Assembly: GCA_028695135.1 (NCBI GenBank)
Contig: JAQVJM010000001.1
Span: 13,718-77,717, forward strand
Reading direction: 5' to 3'
Length of the DNA stretch: 64,000 nt
Source of the DNA: Candidatus Moraniibacteriota bacterium
Lineage (GTDB): Bacteria; Patescibacteriota; Minisyncoccia; Moranbacterales; UBA9337
In this document: piece by piece, positions 19,417 to 28,900 of the stretch
Position numbering within the stretch: position 1 is the stretch's first letter
Layout: each line of letters opens with the position of its first letter
Position numbers and translations under genes: made by a program
The notes under the pieces: model-generated
The model's database searches: none
Told to the model about the DNA's origin: nothing
Seen by the model: the letters and a program-made list of their open reading frames with translations, nothing else

Positions 19417-19439
19417 TTAATTATTACGAAATTTTTTGC

Positions 19440-20489
19440 ATGAAAAATTTTTATATAATGATTGGCGCAATCATTATTTTTCTTCCGGTAATATATTTTT
19501 TGGCATCCTCCAAAAAGTTACATTTTGAAAGAGAAATAGTTTCCGAGTTTCAGGTAGACGAGGGAACCGTTGACGAAAAACAGGATAAAAAAGATTCAAT
19601 AAAAAACGAAAACCATCCCAATTCTATTTTGAGCCTCATTAACAAAAATTTCGAAGGAAGCGATTTCAAAGCGGGAAATGTTCTTGTAAGCGGAAACCTT
19701 TACACGAGGTATTTCATATCTTACAAAAGCGACGGACTTTCCATCTCGGGAATAATGAGCGTGCCGGAAGGGGAAGGTCCTTTTCCGGTTTTAATTCTCA
19801 ATCACGGATATATCGCTCCGGAAATCTATACCAATGGTCGGGGATTGAGAAGGGAGCAGGATTATTTTGCCAAGAACGGATATGCGGTAATCCATCCGGA
19901 TTATCGGGGCTATGCCCTGTCCGATCCCGATCCGGAAACGGGAGATGAGCAAGGGCTGGCTTATTCGGGCTATGTCAGCGATGCCGTCAATCTTGTATTG
20001 GCGCTTCAAGAATCCGGCTTGGATCATCTGAATCTGGGAAAAATCGGAATGCTGGGTCACTCGATGGGCGGAGGAGTGACGATGAACGCCTTGATTTCCC
20101 GGCCGGATCTGTTCGATGCGGCGGTTCTTTTGGCTCCGGTGAGCTCGGACTACCAGAAAAATTTTTTGCGCTGGAGAAAAGATAGTTTGGATGATGAGGA
20201 ATTGGAGATTCTTGAAAGAGAGATAGGCGATACGGATGACGAGAATAATTTCTCTGCTTTTTCTTCGGCGTTTTATTTTGACAGGATAAACGCTCCTATT
20301 ATGATCCATCAGGGAACAGCAGACAAAGATGTTCCCGTTGAGTGGTCGAGAGAGACGCGGGATAGGTTGGAAGAATCCGGCAAGGAGGTTATCTATTTCG
20401 AGTATCCCGGTGAGCCCCATGAATTCGCTTCCGCCTGGCCGACAGTTATGGAAAGAACTTTGTATTTTTTTGATAAAAACTTGAAATAA
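19440..20489 (+). CDS. Alpha/beta hydrolase, S9 prolyl-oligopeptidase/dienelactone-hydrolase-like, N-terminal membrane anchor
   Basis: GHSMGG nucleophile elbow, ...LLAPVS..., HQGTADKDVP catalytic region; start set at MKNFYIM (19440) to avoid overlap. Confidence 0.65.
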   Translation: MKNFYIMIGAIIIFLPVIYFLASSKKLHFEREIVSEFQVDEGTVDEKQDKKDSIKNENHPNSILSLINKNFEGSDFKAGNVLVSGNLYTRYFISYKSDGLSISGIMSVPEGEGPFPVLILNHGYIAPEIYTNGRGLRREQDYFAKNGYAVIHPDYRGYALSDPDPETGDEQGLAYSGYVSDAVNLVLALQESGLDHLNLGKIGMLGHSMGGGVTMNALISRPDLFDAAVLLAPVSSDYQKNFLRWRKDSLDDEELEILEREIGDTDDENNFSAFSSAFYFDRINAPIMIHQGTADKDVPVEWSRETRDRLEESGKEVIYFEYPGEPHEFASAWPTVMERTLYFFDKNLK

Positions 20490-20506
20490 CAATTAAAACT
20501 AAAAAT

Positions 20507-20971
20507 ATGAAAATAATCGCGTTGATATTTTCTGTGGCAATCGCCCAGCTGGCCGGAATTATCGGATCTTTTTTCACTTCTTCGAGCGTCAGGACATGGT
20601 ACGTCGATATCATCAAGCCGCAGTGGAATCCGCCCGCCTGGTTATTCGGACCGGTTTGGATAACCCTTTATACCCTGATGGGCGTTGCGGCTTATCTGAT
20701 CTGGCAACAAAAAGATCAGCCCGGCGCAAAAATTGCCTTAGTTGTATACGGAATTCATCTGGCTCTTAATGCTCTGTGGTCGATTATTTTTTTCGGACTT
20801 AAAAATCCCGGATTGGCTTTCGGAGAAATAATTATCCTACTAGCCTCGATATTGGTCGTGGCCTTTCTTTTTTGGAGGATAAATCCTTATGCCGGCATGC
20901 TTTTTATCCCTTATGTTCTTTGGGTATCGTTCGCTTCATTTCTTAACTACAATATCTGGAAACTGAATTGA
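20507..20971 (+). CDS. tspO: TspO/MBR family tryptophan-rich sensory protein
   Basis: ...WY..IIKPQWNPPAWLFGPVWITLYTLMGVAAYLIW... canonical TspO motifs, 5 TM, 154 aa. Confidence 0.8.
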   Translation: MKIIALIFSVAIAQLAGIIGSFFTSSSVRTWYVDIIKPQWNPPAWLFGPVWITLYTLMGVAAYLIWQQKDQPGAKIALVVYGIHLALNALWSIIFFGLKNPGLAFGEIIILLASILVVAFLFWRINPYAGMLFIPYVLWVSFASFLNYNIWKLN

Positions 20972-20972
20972 T

Positions 20973-21308
20973 ATGAGGATCTGGGATATTCCTGTCAAAC
21001 ATTTATGCAGAAAACACCTGCTCGGTGAGCACCGGGAGCTTCATGGACTTTGGAATATTCTTACTAAGCACAAAGGCAAGGGAGGTTATTCAAGGCATCC
21101 TGAAACAAAAAGATGGGTCGGGAAACTCAAGGCTCTTTATTCGAGGCACGAAAATCTTGCGCGCGAGATGGAAAAAAGGGGATACCGTCATATTTCTCTT
21201 CTAGATGAAAGATTGGCGGGAGGAAAGGAAAAACAAGATGTTTTCATAAATACTGTTTCCGAGCAGAAAGAGATTCTTAGGAGAAAGAATTGCGGATGTT
21301 TCTCTTAA
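20973..21308 (+). CDS. Pyrimidine dimer DNA glycosylase-like protein (Pyr_excise/DenV family)
   Basis: MRIWDIPVKHLCRKHLLGEHRELHGLWNIL resembles the T4 endonuclease V family N-terminus (LxxxxLxxExREL). Confidence 0.45.
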   Translation: MRIWDIPVKHLCRKHLLGEHRELHGLWNILTKHKGKGGYSRHPETKRWVGKLKALYSRHENLAREMEKRGYRHISLLDERLAGGKEKQDVFINTVSEQKEILRRKNCGCFS

Positions 21309-21362
21309 AAATTTTGACTTTCCAAAAAACGTTTTTTCGATTTTTTCATATCAGAATTTTGA

Positions 21363-21412
21363 AAATCGCGCAAAAAGCGCGATTTGATATTTATTTGAAA
21401 AAATGCGATAAT
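21363..21412 (+). promoter_or_regulatory. Putative promoter (TTGATA-17-GATAAT) overlapped by a 9-bp-arm palindrome aaatcgcgc-aaaaa-gcgcgattt (possible operator)
   Basis: Palindrome 21363-21385 overlaps the -35 box 21384-21389; -10 at 21407-21412; upstream of the M23 peptidase gene. Confidence 0.4.
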
Positions 21413-21467
21413 GAAATTTAGCGGTAATCAGGAGCGTATCAATAATTAGGAGCGATTGCCAAAGTTT

Positions 21468-22742
21468 ATGTATAAAGTGCCTTTAGATAAATATACCAAA
21501 CAAAATATAATAAATCCCGAGAAAAGCAGAAAAAAGTTCTGGATAGCAGCGGGAGCTGTTTTTATTTTTTTTGCCTGCTTTGCTCTGATCCGTGCTTTTC
21601 CGAGATCGGAAGGGATCACGACGGAGCAGGAAAGTGAAATTCTATCTGAGGAAGCAATCTTAGAAGAGAAAAAAGAAATTTTGGTCAATTACGAAGTTTC
21701 TGAGGGGGACATTCCAGCGGAAATTTTTAGCAAATACGGAAAGTTCGACGCTAATGACACGGAAGCTCTTTTATATGCTTCAAGCGATGTTTATGATTTT
21801 TCCAGCCTAAAGATAGGAAGGCCTCTGCGATTCTATTTTAACGGAGAAGAAAAAGCCATGCGGATGGAATACGATCGGGATACAGAAAGAGTGGTGATTG
21901 TCGAAAGAGTCGGGCAAGAATTCAGCGTGCGTGAAGAAGAGATAAAATACGATGTGAGCGAAGAGACGGTTCGAGGAAAAATAGAAAACTTTTTTTATGC
22001 CGATGCGCTTGATTTGGGAGTTTCCGAAGCGACGGTTCTGGAGATGGGAGACATTTTTTCTTTCAGTGTCGACTTTACGACCGAGATAAAGCAAGGCGAT
22101 GAATTTATAATCATTTATGAAAAAAGATTTCGCGATGGCCAAAAAGGTCCGGATGGAAATATTTTAGCTGCTAAATTTATAAATGAAGGGACGGCTTATT
22201 ATGCTTATCACTTTGATAACGACGGAAATGGAGGATATTATGATGAGGAGGGGCGGGTCTTGGAAAGGCAATTCCTAAAGGCACCCCTCAGTTATCGTCG
22301 GATCACATCCGGATTTACCGGCGCGCGTCTTCACCCGATAACCCGCACGGTGAGCGCCCATTACCAGATCGATTACGCGGCGCCCGTCGGCACGCCAGTA
22401 GTTTCTACGGCCAGAGGCACCATTATGAGCGCCGGATGGGAAGGAGGATGGGGTAATATGGTAAGGATCCGCCATGATAACGGATATACGACCCATTATG
22501 GCCATTTGAGCGCCTTTGCCAAAGGCATCGCCGGAGGAACAAAAGTCAGCCAGGGGGAAGTTGTCGGATATGTGGGATCTACCGGTTGGTCCACGGGACC
22601 GCATCTTGATTACGGGATGAAGCTTAATGGTGTTCCTGTAAATCCTCTCAAGTTAGATCTTCCCAAGGGAGAGCCTCTCGGAGAAGAAAAAATGAGGGAA
22701 TTTGAAAAAATTAAGAAAAAGTATGAGAGAGATATAAATTGA
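21468..22742 (+). CDS. M23 family (LytM-like) metallopeptidase with N-terminal TM anchor
   Basis: C-terminal HYQIDYAAPVGTPV...GYTTHYGHLS...GSTGWSTGPHLDYG M23 motifs (HxxxD, HxH). The ORF track starts at a TTG (21456); the ATG at 21468 is preferred. Confidence 0.8.
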   Translation: MYKVPLDKYTKQNIINPEKSRKKFWIAAGAVFIFFACFALIRAFPRSEGITTEQESEILSEEAILEEKKEILVNYEVSEGDIPAEIFSKYGKFDANDTEALLYASSDVYDFSSLKIGRPLRFYFNGEEKAMRMEYDRDTERVVIVERVGQEFSVREEEIKYDVSEETVRGKIENFFYADALDLGVSEATVLEMGDIFSFSVDFTTEIKQGDEFIIIYEKRFRDGQKGPDGNILAAKFINEGTAYYAYHFDNDGNGGYYDEEGRVLERQFLKAPLSYRRITSGFTGARLHPITRTVSAHYQIDYAAPVGTPVVSTARGTIMSAGWEGGWGNMVRIRHDNGYTTHYGHLSAFAKGIAGGTKVSQGEVVGYVGSTGWSTGPHLDYGMKLNGVPVNPLKLDLPKGEPLGEEKMREFEKIKKKYERDIN

Positions 22743-22849
22743 TTTTTACGGAGCAATTTTTAGCTTGAAAATTATTTTTTCTATTGCAATAAAAAACTCA
22801 AGATTGTATACTTCTAGTAGCCGAAGTTAAAAATTAATTTTTTAAAAAT

Positions 22850-23164
22850 ATGGAGACGGAAATCAAAGAAGAACAAAATAAAGAAGAAAGCTCCTCGAGC
22901 CATTGGAAAAATTTCGCCCAGTTATTTCTTACAAATTTGGCTTCCCGGATAAGCGGAAGCATTTCCGATAAGATAAGCGAGTGGGTGGACAAAATAAAAA
23001 AGAGGGCGATTTCTATGTTTTTGATGGCGGTCGGGACGATATTTTTTTTGGTCGGAGCGGCGATTTATACGAATACCATTATTGATAATTCTTCCCAGTG
23101 GGCCGGATATGCCATAGTAGGAGGCGCGGTTCTTATTATCGGCTATTTGTTAAGCCGGGATTAA
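22850..23164 (+). CDS. Small hypothetical membrane protein (104 aa)
   Basis: Two predicted TM helices; no family recognised. Confidence 0.3.
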   Translation: METEIKEEQNKEESSSSHWKNFAQLFLTNLASRISGSISDKISEWVDKIKKRAISMFLMAVGTIFFLVGAAIYTNTIIDNSSQWAGYAIVGGAVLIIGYLLSRD

Positions 23165-23189
23165 CGCTAATAAATTTAATTATAAATAA

Positions 23190-23444
23190 ATGGATACTAA
23201 AAAAGCAAAAAAGGCCATATCGCAGAACATAAAGAAAGCGCAGAAGAAAGGCGCAGAGCTTGAAGGGGCTGCGATGAAAGAATTTAAAAAAGTCCAAAAG
23301 GAAATGGAAAAAACCACGAAAAAAGTGGGAGACTACATGAAAAAAAATCCTGAGAAAGCCGCTCTTATATCTGCCGGAATAGGAGCCGCTCTAGGAGCTG
23401 CCGCCGCTTTCCTTATTTCTTCGAAGAAAAAAAATAAGAAATAA
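23190..23444 (+). CDS. Small charged protein with C-terminal TM helix (YqjD/ElaB DUF883-like)
   Basis: Lys-rich helical N-terminus and C-terminal ALISAGIGAALGAAAAFLI anchor, followed by a strong terminator. Confidence 0.4.
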   Translation: MDTKKAKKAISQNIKKAQKKGAELEGAAMKEFKKVQKEMEKTTKKVGDYMKKNPEKAALISAGIGAALGAAAAFLISSKKKNKK

Positions 23445-23465
23445 AACCTGAATGCGATATGAAGA

Positions 23466-23491
23466 AGTTTCGAGAAATCGAAACTTTTTTA
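23466..23491 (+). terminator. Rho-independent terminator (agtttcga-gaaa-tcgaaact + TTTTTT)
   Basis: 8-bp perfect stem with GAAA tetraloop, then T-run. Confidence 0.85.
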
Positions 23492-23583
23492 TTTGAGAGA
23501 GTCGCATCTGATTTTTTAGGAAAATTAAATTTTTTCCCATTGTATGCTAAGATTGATATGTAATTTTATGAATTTTTTTAAGT

Positions 23584-24186
23584 ATGGAATTTACAAGGCA
23601 TGAAAAGATGATAGTCGGAGTTAATCTGCTGATTGTTTTATTTTTTTCAACATTCTTTTTGCTTGATAAGAATTATGAATTTATAATATATATTTTCGTA
23701 CTTTTGGCGCTGATGACCTTGATAATAATTTCTCATAAAAAATTCCGATATTCAGCGGCAGTTTTATGGGCACTGACTGTTTGGTCGTTTCTCCATCTTG
23801 TCGGTGGAGGTCTGACTTATGTCGAGGGAGAAGTTTTTTATAAATTGATCATAGTTCCAATTATAGGAGAGCCATACAATATCTTAAAATACGATCAAGT
23901 CCTACACTTTTACGGATTTTGGGCAGCTACATTGGTGGTTTATTATGTTTTAAAGCCTTCTTTAAGAGATAATTTGGAAGGCAAAAGCGCCATACTTTTC
24001 ATAGTTGCCATGGCCAGTCTGGGGCTGGGAGGCTTGAATGAGATAGTTGAATTTGCGGCTACAGTGAGCGTTCCCGATACCAATGTCGGAGGTTACGAGA
24101 ACACGGCTATCGATTTGGTGGCTGATTTTCTCGGAGCATTGGGCGCTGTAATCTATATCGGATGTTTCAAATTAAAAAGGTCTTAA
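23584..24186 (+). CDS. Hypothetical integral membrane protein (200 aa, ~6 TM)
   Basis: Hydrophobicity pattern only. Confidence 0.35.
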   Translation: MEFTRHEKMIVGVNLLIVLFFSTFFLLDKNYEFIIYIFVLLALMTLIIISHKKFRYSAAVLWALTVWSFLHLVGGGLTYVEGEVFYKLIIVPIIGEPYNILKYDQVLHFYGFWAATLVVYYVLKPSLRDNLEGKSAILFIVAMASLGLGGLNEIVEFAATVSVPDTNVGGYENTAIDLVADFLGALGAVIYIGCFKLKRS

Positions 24187-24233
24187 TTTTTGCCTTTTGA
24201 ATTAAATTGTAGTTCCCAAGAAATCAATAAAAA

Positions 24234-25778
24234 ATGGAAAATAAAATTTGTCTCATAACTTATCCCGACAGTCTGGGAAAAAATTTAAAAGAACTGGACA
24301 CGATATTGGAAAAATATTTTAAAGGCGCATTCGGAGGAATTCATATATTACCCTTTTATCCCTCATCAAGTGATCGCGGTTTTTCTCCGCTCACTCACTT
24401 GAAAGTGGATGAGTCTTTCGGCAGTTGGGAGGATATAAAAAGTATATCCGGAAGATACTTCTTGATTGTCGATATCATGGTAAATCACATATCGGTCGAA
24501 TCCGATATCTTTCGGGACTATATCCTGAGGGGAGAAGATTCCAAGTATAGCGATTTTTTCATAACGAATGATAAGTTTTCTAGAAGGATTATTCCGCGCC
24601 GCAAATCCACTCCTGTCATTCTGGGTCTATTGGAAAAGACTGCCAACAAAATCAGGGATCTTGATGCGTTTTTCCATTGTTCGGGGGTCAATAGATTTTC
24701 TCTGAAAAAAATATATCGCCCTAGGACAGAGAATCCGTTGGTTCCTTTTAAAATTAATAATGGAAGAGTCGAGCACCTTTGGTGCACTTTTTCGAGAGAT
24801 CAGGTCGATTTGGACATATATAATGAGGAAGTGATGGATCTTTTGAAAAAGTACGTGAAAAAACTGGCGGAAAACGGCGTGAATATGGTAAGGCTGGACG
24901 CAGTCGGATATTTGGTAAAAAAAAGAGATACTAACAGCTTTATGCTTCCGGAAGTTTATGATTTTATAAATCGGATAGGGAAAACAATTCACGAGGAAGG
25001 GATGCTGGTCTTGCCGGAAGTCCACCATCATTATTTCTATCAGATAAAGCTTCATAATACGAAAGAGGTCGATTATATCTATGATTTTCAGATGCCTATG
25101 CTCATGCTTAATGCGATTTATGAAAAAAATTTTTCAGGTATAAAAAAATGGCTGAAGATCAGGCCGGAAAAGGCCATCAGTATACTGGACAGCCATGACG
25201 GAATTCCGGTTGTTGACGTCGAGGATTTATTGGATGAAAAAGATATTTCCAAAACAGTTGAAAAGGTAATTCTTAACGGAGGAAATGAAGCCAGAAGAGC
25301 TTCCGGGGAGAATGGAGCTATAAATGCGGATATTTATCAGATAAATTGCACCTATTATTCGGCGCTGGGCGAAGACGACGACGCCTATATTATTGCCAGA
25401 GCCGTCCAGTTTTTCGTTCCGGGAATCCCTCAGGTTTATTATGTCGGGCTTTTGGCCGGAAAAAATGATGTCGAAAAGCTGAGAGAGACAAACGTCGGCA
25501 GGGATATAAACCGGCATGACTATTCGGAAGAAGAGATAAAAAAAGAGATGAAAAGAGGCGTCGTCAAAAGGCTTATGAAACTCATGGAATTCAGGAACAA
25601 TTATCCAGTTTTTGACGGAAAATTTTCCTTGGGGAACTCTTATGATAACAACGAGCTCGTCTTGAGATGGCGCAGAGGAAGGCTTTTTTTGGAAGTAGAG
25701 ATAAGCTTAAAAAGCAACAAGGTTCACGCGATTTATTTTGATGAAAAAAACGAAAAAGAGATGAGGAAAAAATTCTGA
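24234..25778 (+). CDS. Sucrose phosphorylase-like glycoside hydrolase (GH13 subfamily 18)
   Basis: N-terminal ITYPDSLGKNL...FGGIHILPFYPSSSDRGFSP...VDESFGSW..., DIMVNH, RLDAVGY motifs characteristic of sucrose/glucosylglycerate phosphorylases. Confidence 0.65.
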   Translation: MENKICLITYPDSLGKNLKELDTILEKYFKGAFGGIHILPFYPSSSDRGFSPLTHLKVDESFGSWEDIKSISGRYFLIVDIMVNHISVESDIFRDYILRGEDSKYSDFFITNDKFSRRIIPRRKSTPVILGLLEKTANKIRDLDAFFHCSGVNRFSLKKIYRPRTENPLVPFKINNGRVEHLWCTFSRDQVDLDIYNEEVMDLLKKYVKKLAENGVNMVRLDAVGYLVKKRDTNSFMLPEVYDFINRIGKTIHEEGMLVLPEVHHHYFYQIKLHNTKEVDYIYDFQMPMLMLNAIYEKNFSGIKKWLKIRPEKAISILDSHDGIPVVDVEDLLDEKDISKTVEKVILNGGNEARRASGENGAINADIYQINCTYYSALGEDDDAYIIARAVQFFVPGIPQVYYVGLLAGKNDVEKLRETNVGRDINRHDYSEEEIKKEMKRGVVKRLMKLMEFRNNYPVFDGKFSLGNSYDNNELVLRWRRGRLFLEVEISLKSNKVHAIYFDEKNEKEMRKKF

Positions 25779-25913
25779 TTTTGCTTTATTTTTTTTTTAT
25801 GTTATCATACTTTATATAGTCTGATTTCTTCAATAGACAAAATAGAAATAAAAATTTATCAAAAGCTGTATTTTGCCGGCGGAATAAGCAGGATTAATAT
25901 TTTTTAGTTTGAA

Positions 25914-28900
25914 ATGAGGATTAACATAAAAATAAAATTATTATTAATAAGCTTTTTTTTCATTGCTTCAGGCGATGTTAAGGCTGATTTTTTCGATCCT
26001 TCTACGATCTATTCTCTTCCGCCTGCCTGGGGGACGGGAAGCCTGTTCACTATCGATCAGGACACTTGGACGGAAACCGATGAGGTGCCGATATATTTCG
26101 CAGATGATCCGGCCGAAGGAGTGACTGGAGGACTCGGCTTAGCTGTTAATCCTTTGACCGGAGAATATTATGCCATCATAAAATCGGCGGATGATTTGCA
26201 AGAAGATCCTGGATATTTAGTAATTCTTGATCCGACTACAGGGGAAGCACAAAGAATAGGGCAATTTTCTACAAGAATAAACAGTTTGGCTTTTGACTCG
26301 AGGGGAAACCTCTACGGAACAGCCGGATTGGGAGATGTGGCGACGGAAGGCCTTTTTTCCATAGATATTTCCGATGCTTCTATTACCAAGATAATGTCTT
26401 TGAGTGAAAGCGATTCAGGAAGAGCTTTGGCATATAACAAGGACGACGGGTATCTGTATTATGCATATGGCGTAGATATCCCCGACTCATGGTATGACAA
26501 GTTCATCGACAAGATAGACATTTCTGATCCGGATAATCCGGCCCTAATGAGTACCTTGGAAGCAGAGCCGAATGTTAATGAACGTCCGATTTCAGCGATG
26601 GTTTACATCGGTGGCGGAGAATTTTTGGCAGGAGATACTTGGTGCTATTTGTATAAGATAGATGTTGCTACAGGTGCTCTCACATACTTGAATGAGACCG
26701 ATGAATGTTCAAAAGGCCTTGCCGTACCTTGGGAAGTGGCATTGAGCGTTTCAAGCCTGAGTCCCGCCGATAACGCGGAAAATGTTTCAACTGGCTCAGA
26801 TTTGGAAATCGTTTTTGGCGATAACGCTTATCAAGGAACAGGCAATATAGTCGTGAAGAAGAGGGGTGATGATTCCGTCGTAGAGACGATAGATGTCTCA
26901 TCGTCCGATGTCACGGGCTGGGGAAGCGCAACTTTGTCGATTGATTTGCAGGACAATCTTCCTGCCAGCACCCACCTTTATGTGAATATCGATTCGGGAG
27001 CGATAAAGAATGCGGATGACGATGATTTTTCGGGAATATCGGACACGACAACTTGGAATTTCACTACCGATAATATAATTATTGAGACAGTTCCTGACGG
27101 AGAATGCTATGAGGTCGGGTCGGCCGAAGCTAGCCAGCCGGCTGACACCGTTCTAGAATATTCAAATGATGATCAGTCGTCCTGGACATATGCTCCGGTA
27201 GATCAAGGAGATGGAGGAGATTGCAATGTGACGGATATCCGTCTCACGTTGGACAGCCAATCTGACTCCGTGGGGGAAGATCTGGAGGCTGAATTTGTGG
27301 GAACTGTCTCGGACACAGAAGTTATCAGCAGTGGTGATGGCGGTGTAGATCTTTTGGAAAATAATCATGGAGCTTATGCTATCGTTACTGAGGAATCTTG
27401 GACTTATAATGTCGGCTATGACATTGAGATCGGAAGCACGGGAGATATTTATACAACTGGAGATTTTGAGGGCGTTACAGATTTTGATCCGACAGATGGT
27501 GAAGATATCCGCACGCCTTATTCAGGTACAGACGTATTTATCACAAAATTCAACGCGGATGGGACTTATGGGTGGACAAGAAACTTCCCGGGGGCTACAG
27601 GAGATCTAAAGCATGGCATGGCACTGGATAGTTCCGATAATGTTTATGTCGGAGGAGGATTTCAAGGAACGGTTGATTTTGACGATGCTGGAGGAACAGA
27701 TGAACACATTTCAGTCGGCTCTAGCGATACTTTTCTTACGAAATATAATTCGGACGGTTCATACGGCTGGACGATCACTTTTGGCGCAACTCAAATAGGA
27801 GGTGTTGCTGTGGATGATTCAGATAATATCTATATCACAGGGGAGTTCAGCCTGACTGCGAATTTTGACGGTACCGGTACTGGTCCGGATGAGCATACCT
27901 CTGTCGGAGACGAAGATATATTCATAACAAAATATAACTCGGACGGTTCATACGGCTGGACAAGAACTTTCGGCGGAACAAACGATGATAGAGGTTATGG
28001 AATTTCCATAGATAGTTCAGGAAGCGTTTTTGCAACCGGTTTTTTTCTGAACACGGTAGATTTTGATGGCACTGACGGAGTGGACAACCACACTTCTTCT
28101 GGCAGTCTTGATACTTTCATAACTAAATATAATCCTGATGGATCATACGTCTGGACCAGAACATTCGGTCCGGATATCGGTTATCAGATCGCTAATGACA
28201 GTTACGGAAATATTTTTGTAGTCGGAAGTTTTTTCGGTTCCCCGGATTTTGATGCCTCCGAACTGACGGAAGATATTCACACATCTGAGGGTTATGAGAA
28301 CGGCTTTATCACTAAATATAACAATGACGGATCATACGGCTGGACGAGGACATTTGGTGAATATGATGAAGATTTTGGATACGGAGTCGCAACGGATGAT
28401 TCCGGCAATGTCTTCATAACAGGAAGCTTTTTTGATACGGTCAATTTTGACGATACCGGCGGAACAGATGAGCATACCTCTGCCGATGATAGTGATATAT
28501 TCATCACCAAATATGATGCTGATGGATCATACGGTTGGACGAGGACTTTCAGCGGTGCGACAGGATATGACGAAGGCTATGACATCGCTACGGATGGTGA
28601 TAATGTTTTTGCAACCGGATATTTCTTAGGCGCGGTCGACTTTGATGATACGGGCGGAGAGGATATCGTTACAACTCCTTCAAATACTATAACCGGCGGT
28701 TTTATAGTCAAATATGCTAATGATGGATCATATGGAACGATATACTCAAAATATTCATTAAGCGGGACTTATGAAACTTCGATAGCCCCCTCATCTTTAT
28801 TGGCCTGGGATAGTTTGGAAATATCCCAAACGACTCCGGCCGGCACGGAAATCGAATATACAATCCTTGACAACACATGCAATAGCATATTGGTCGGACC

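Noticed and set aside
19338-19439. N-terminal 34-aa extension of the alpha/beta hydrolase overlapping the preceding small gene
   Set aside because: It overlaps the 19198-19416 ORF in another frame. MKNFYIM at 19440 starts a typical signal-anchor.
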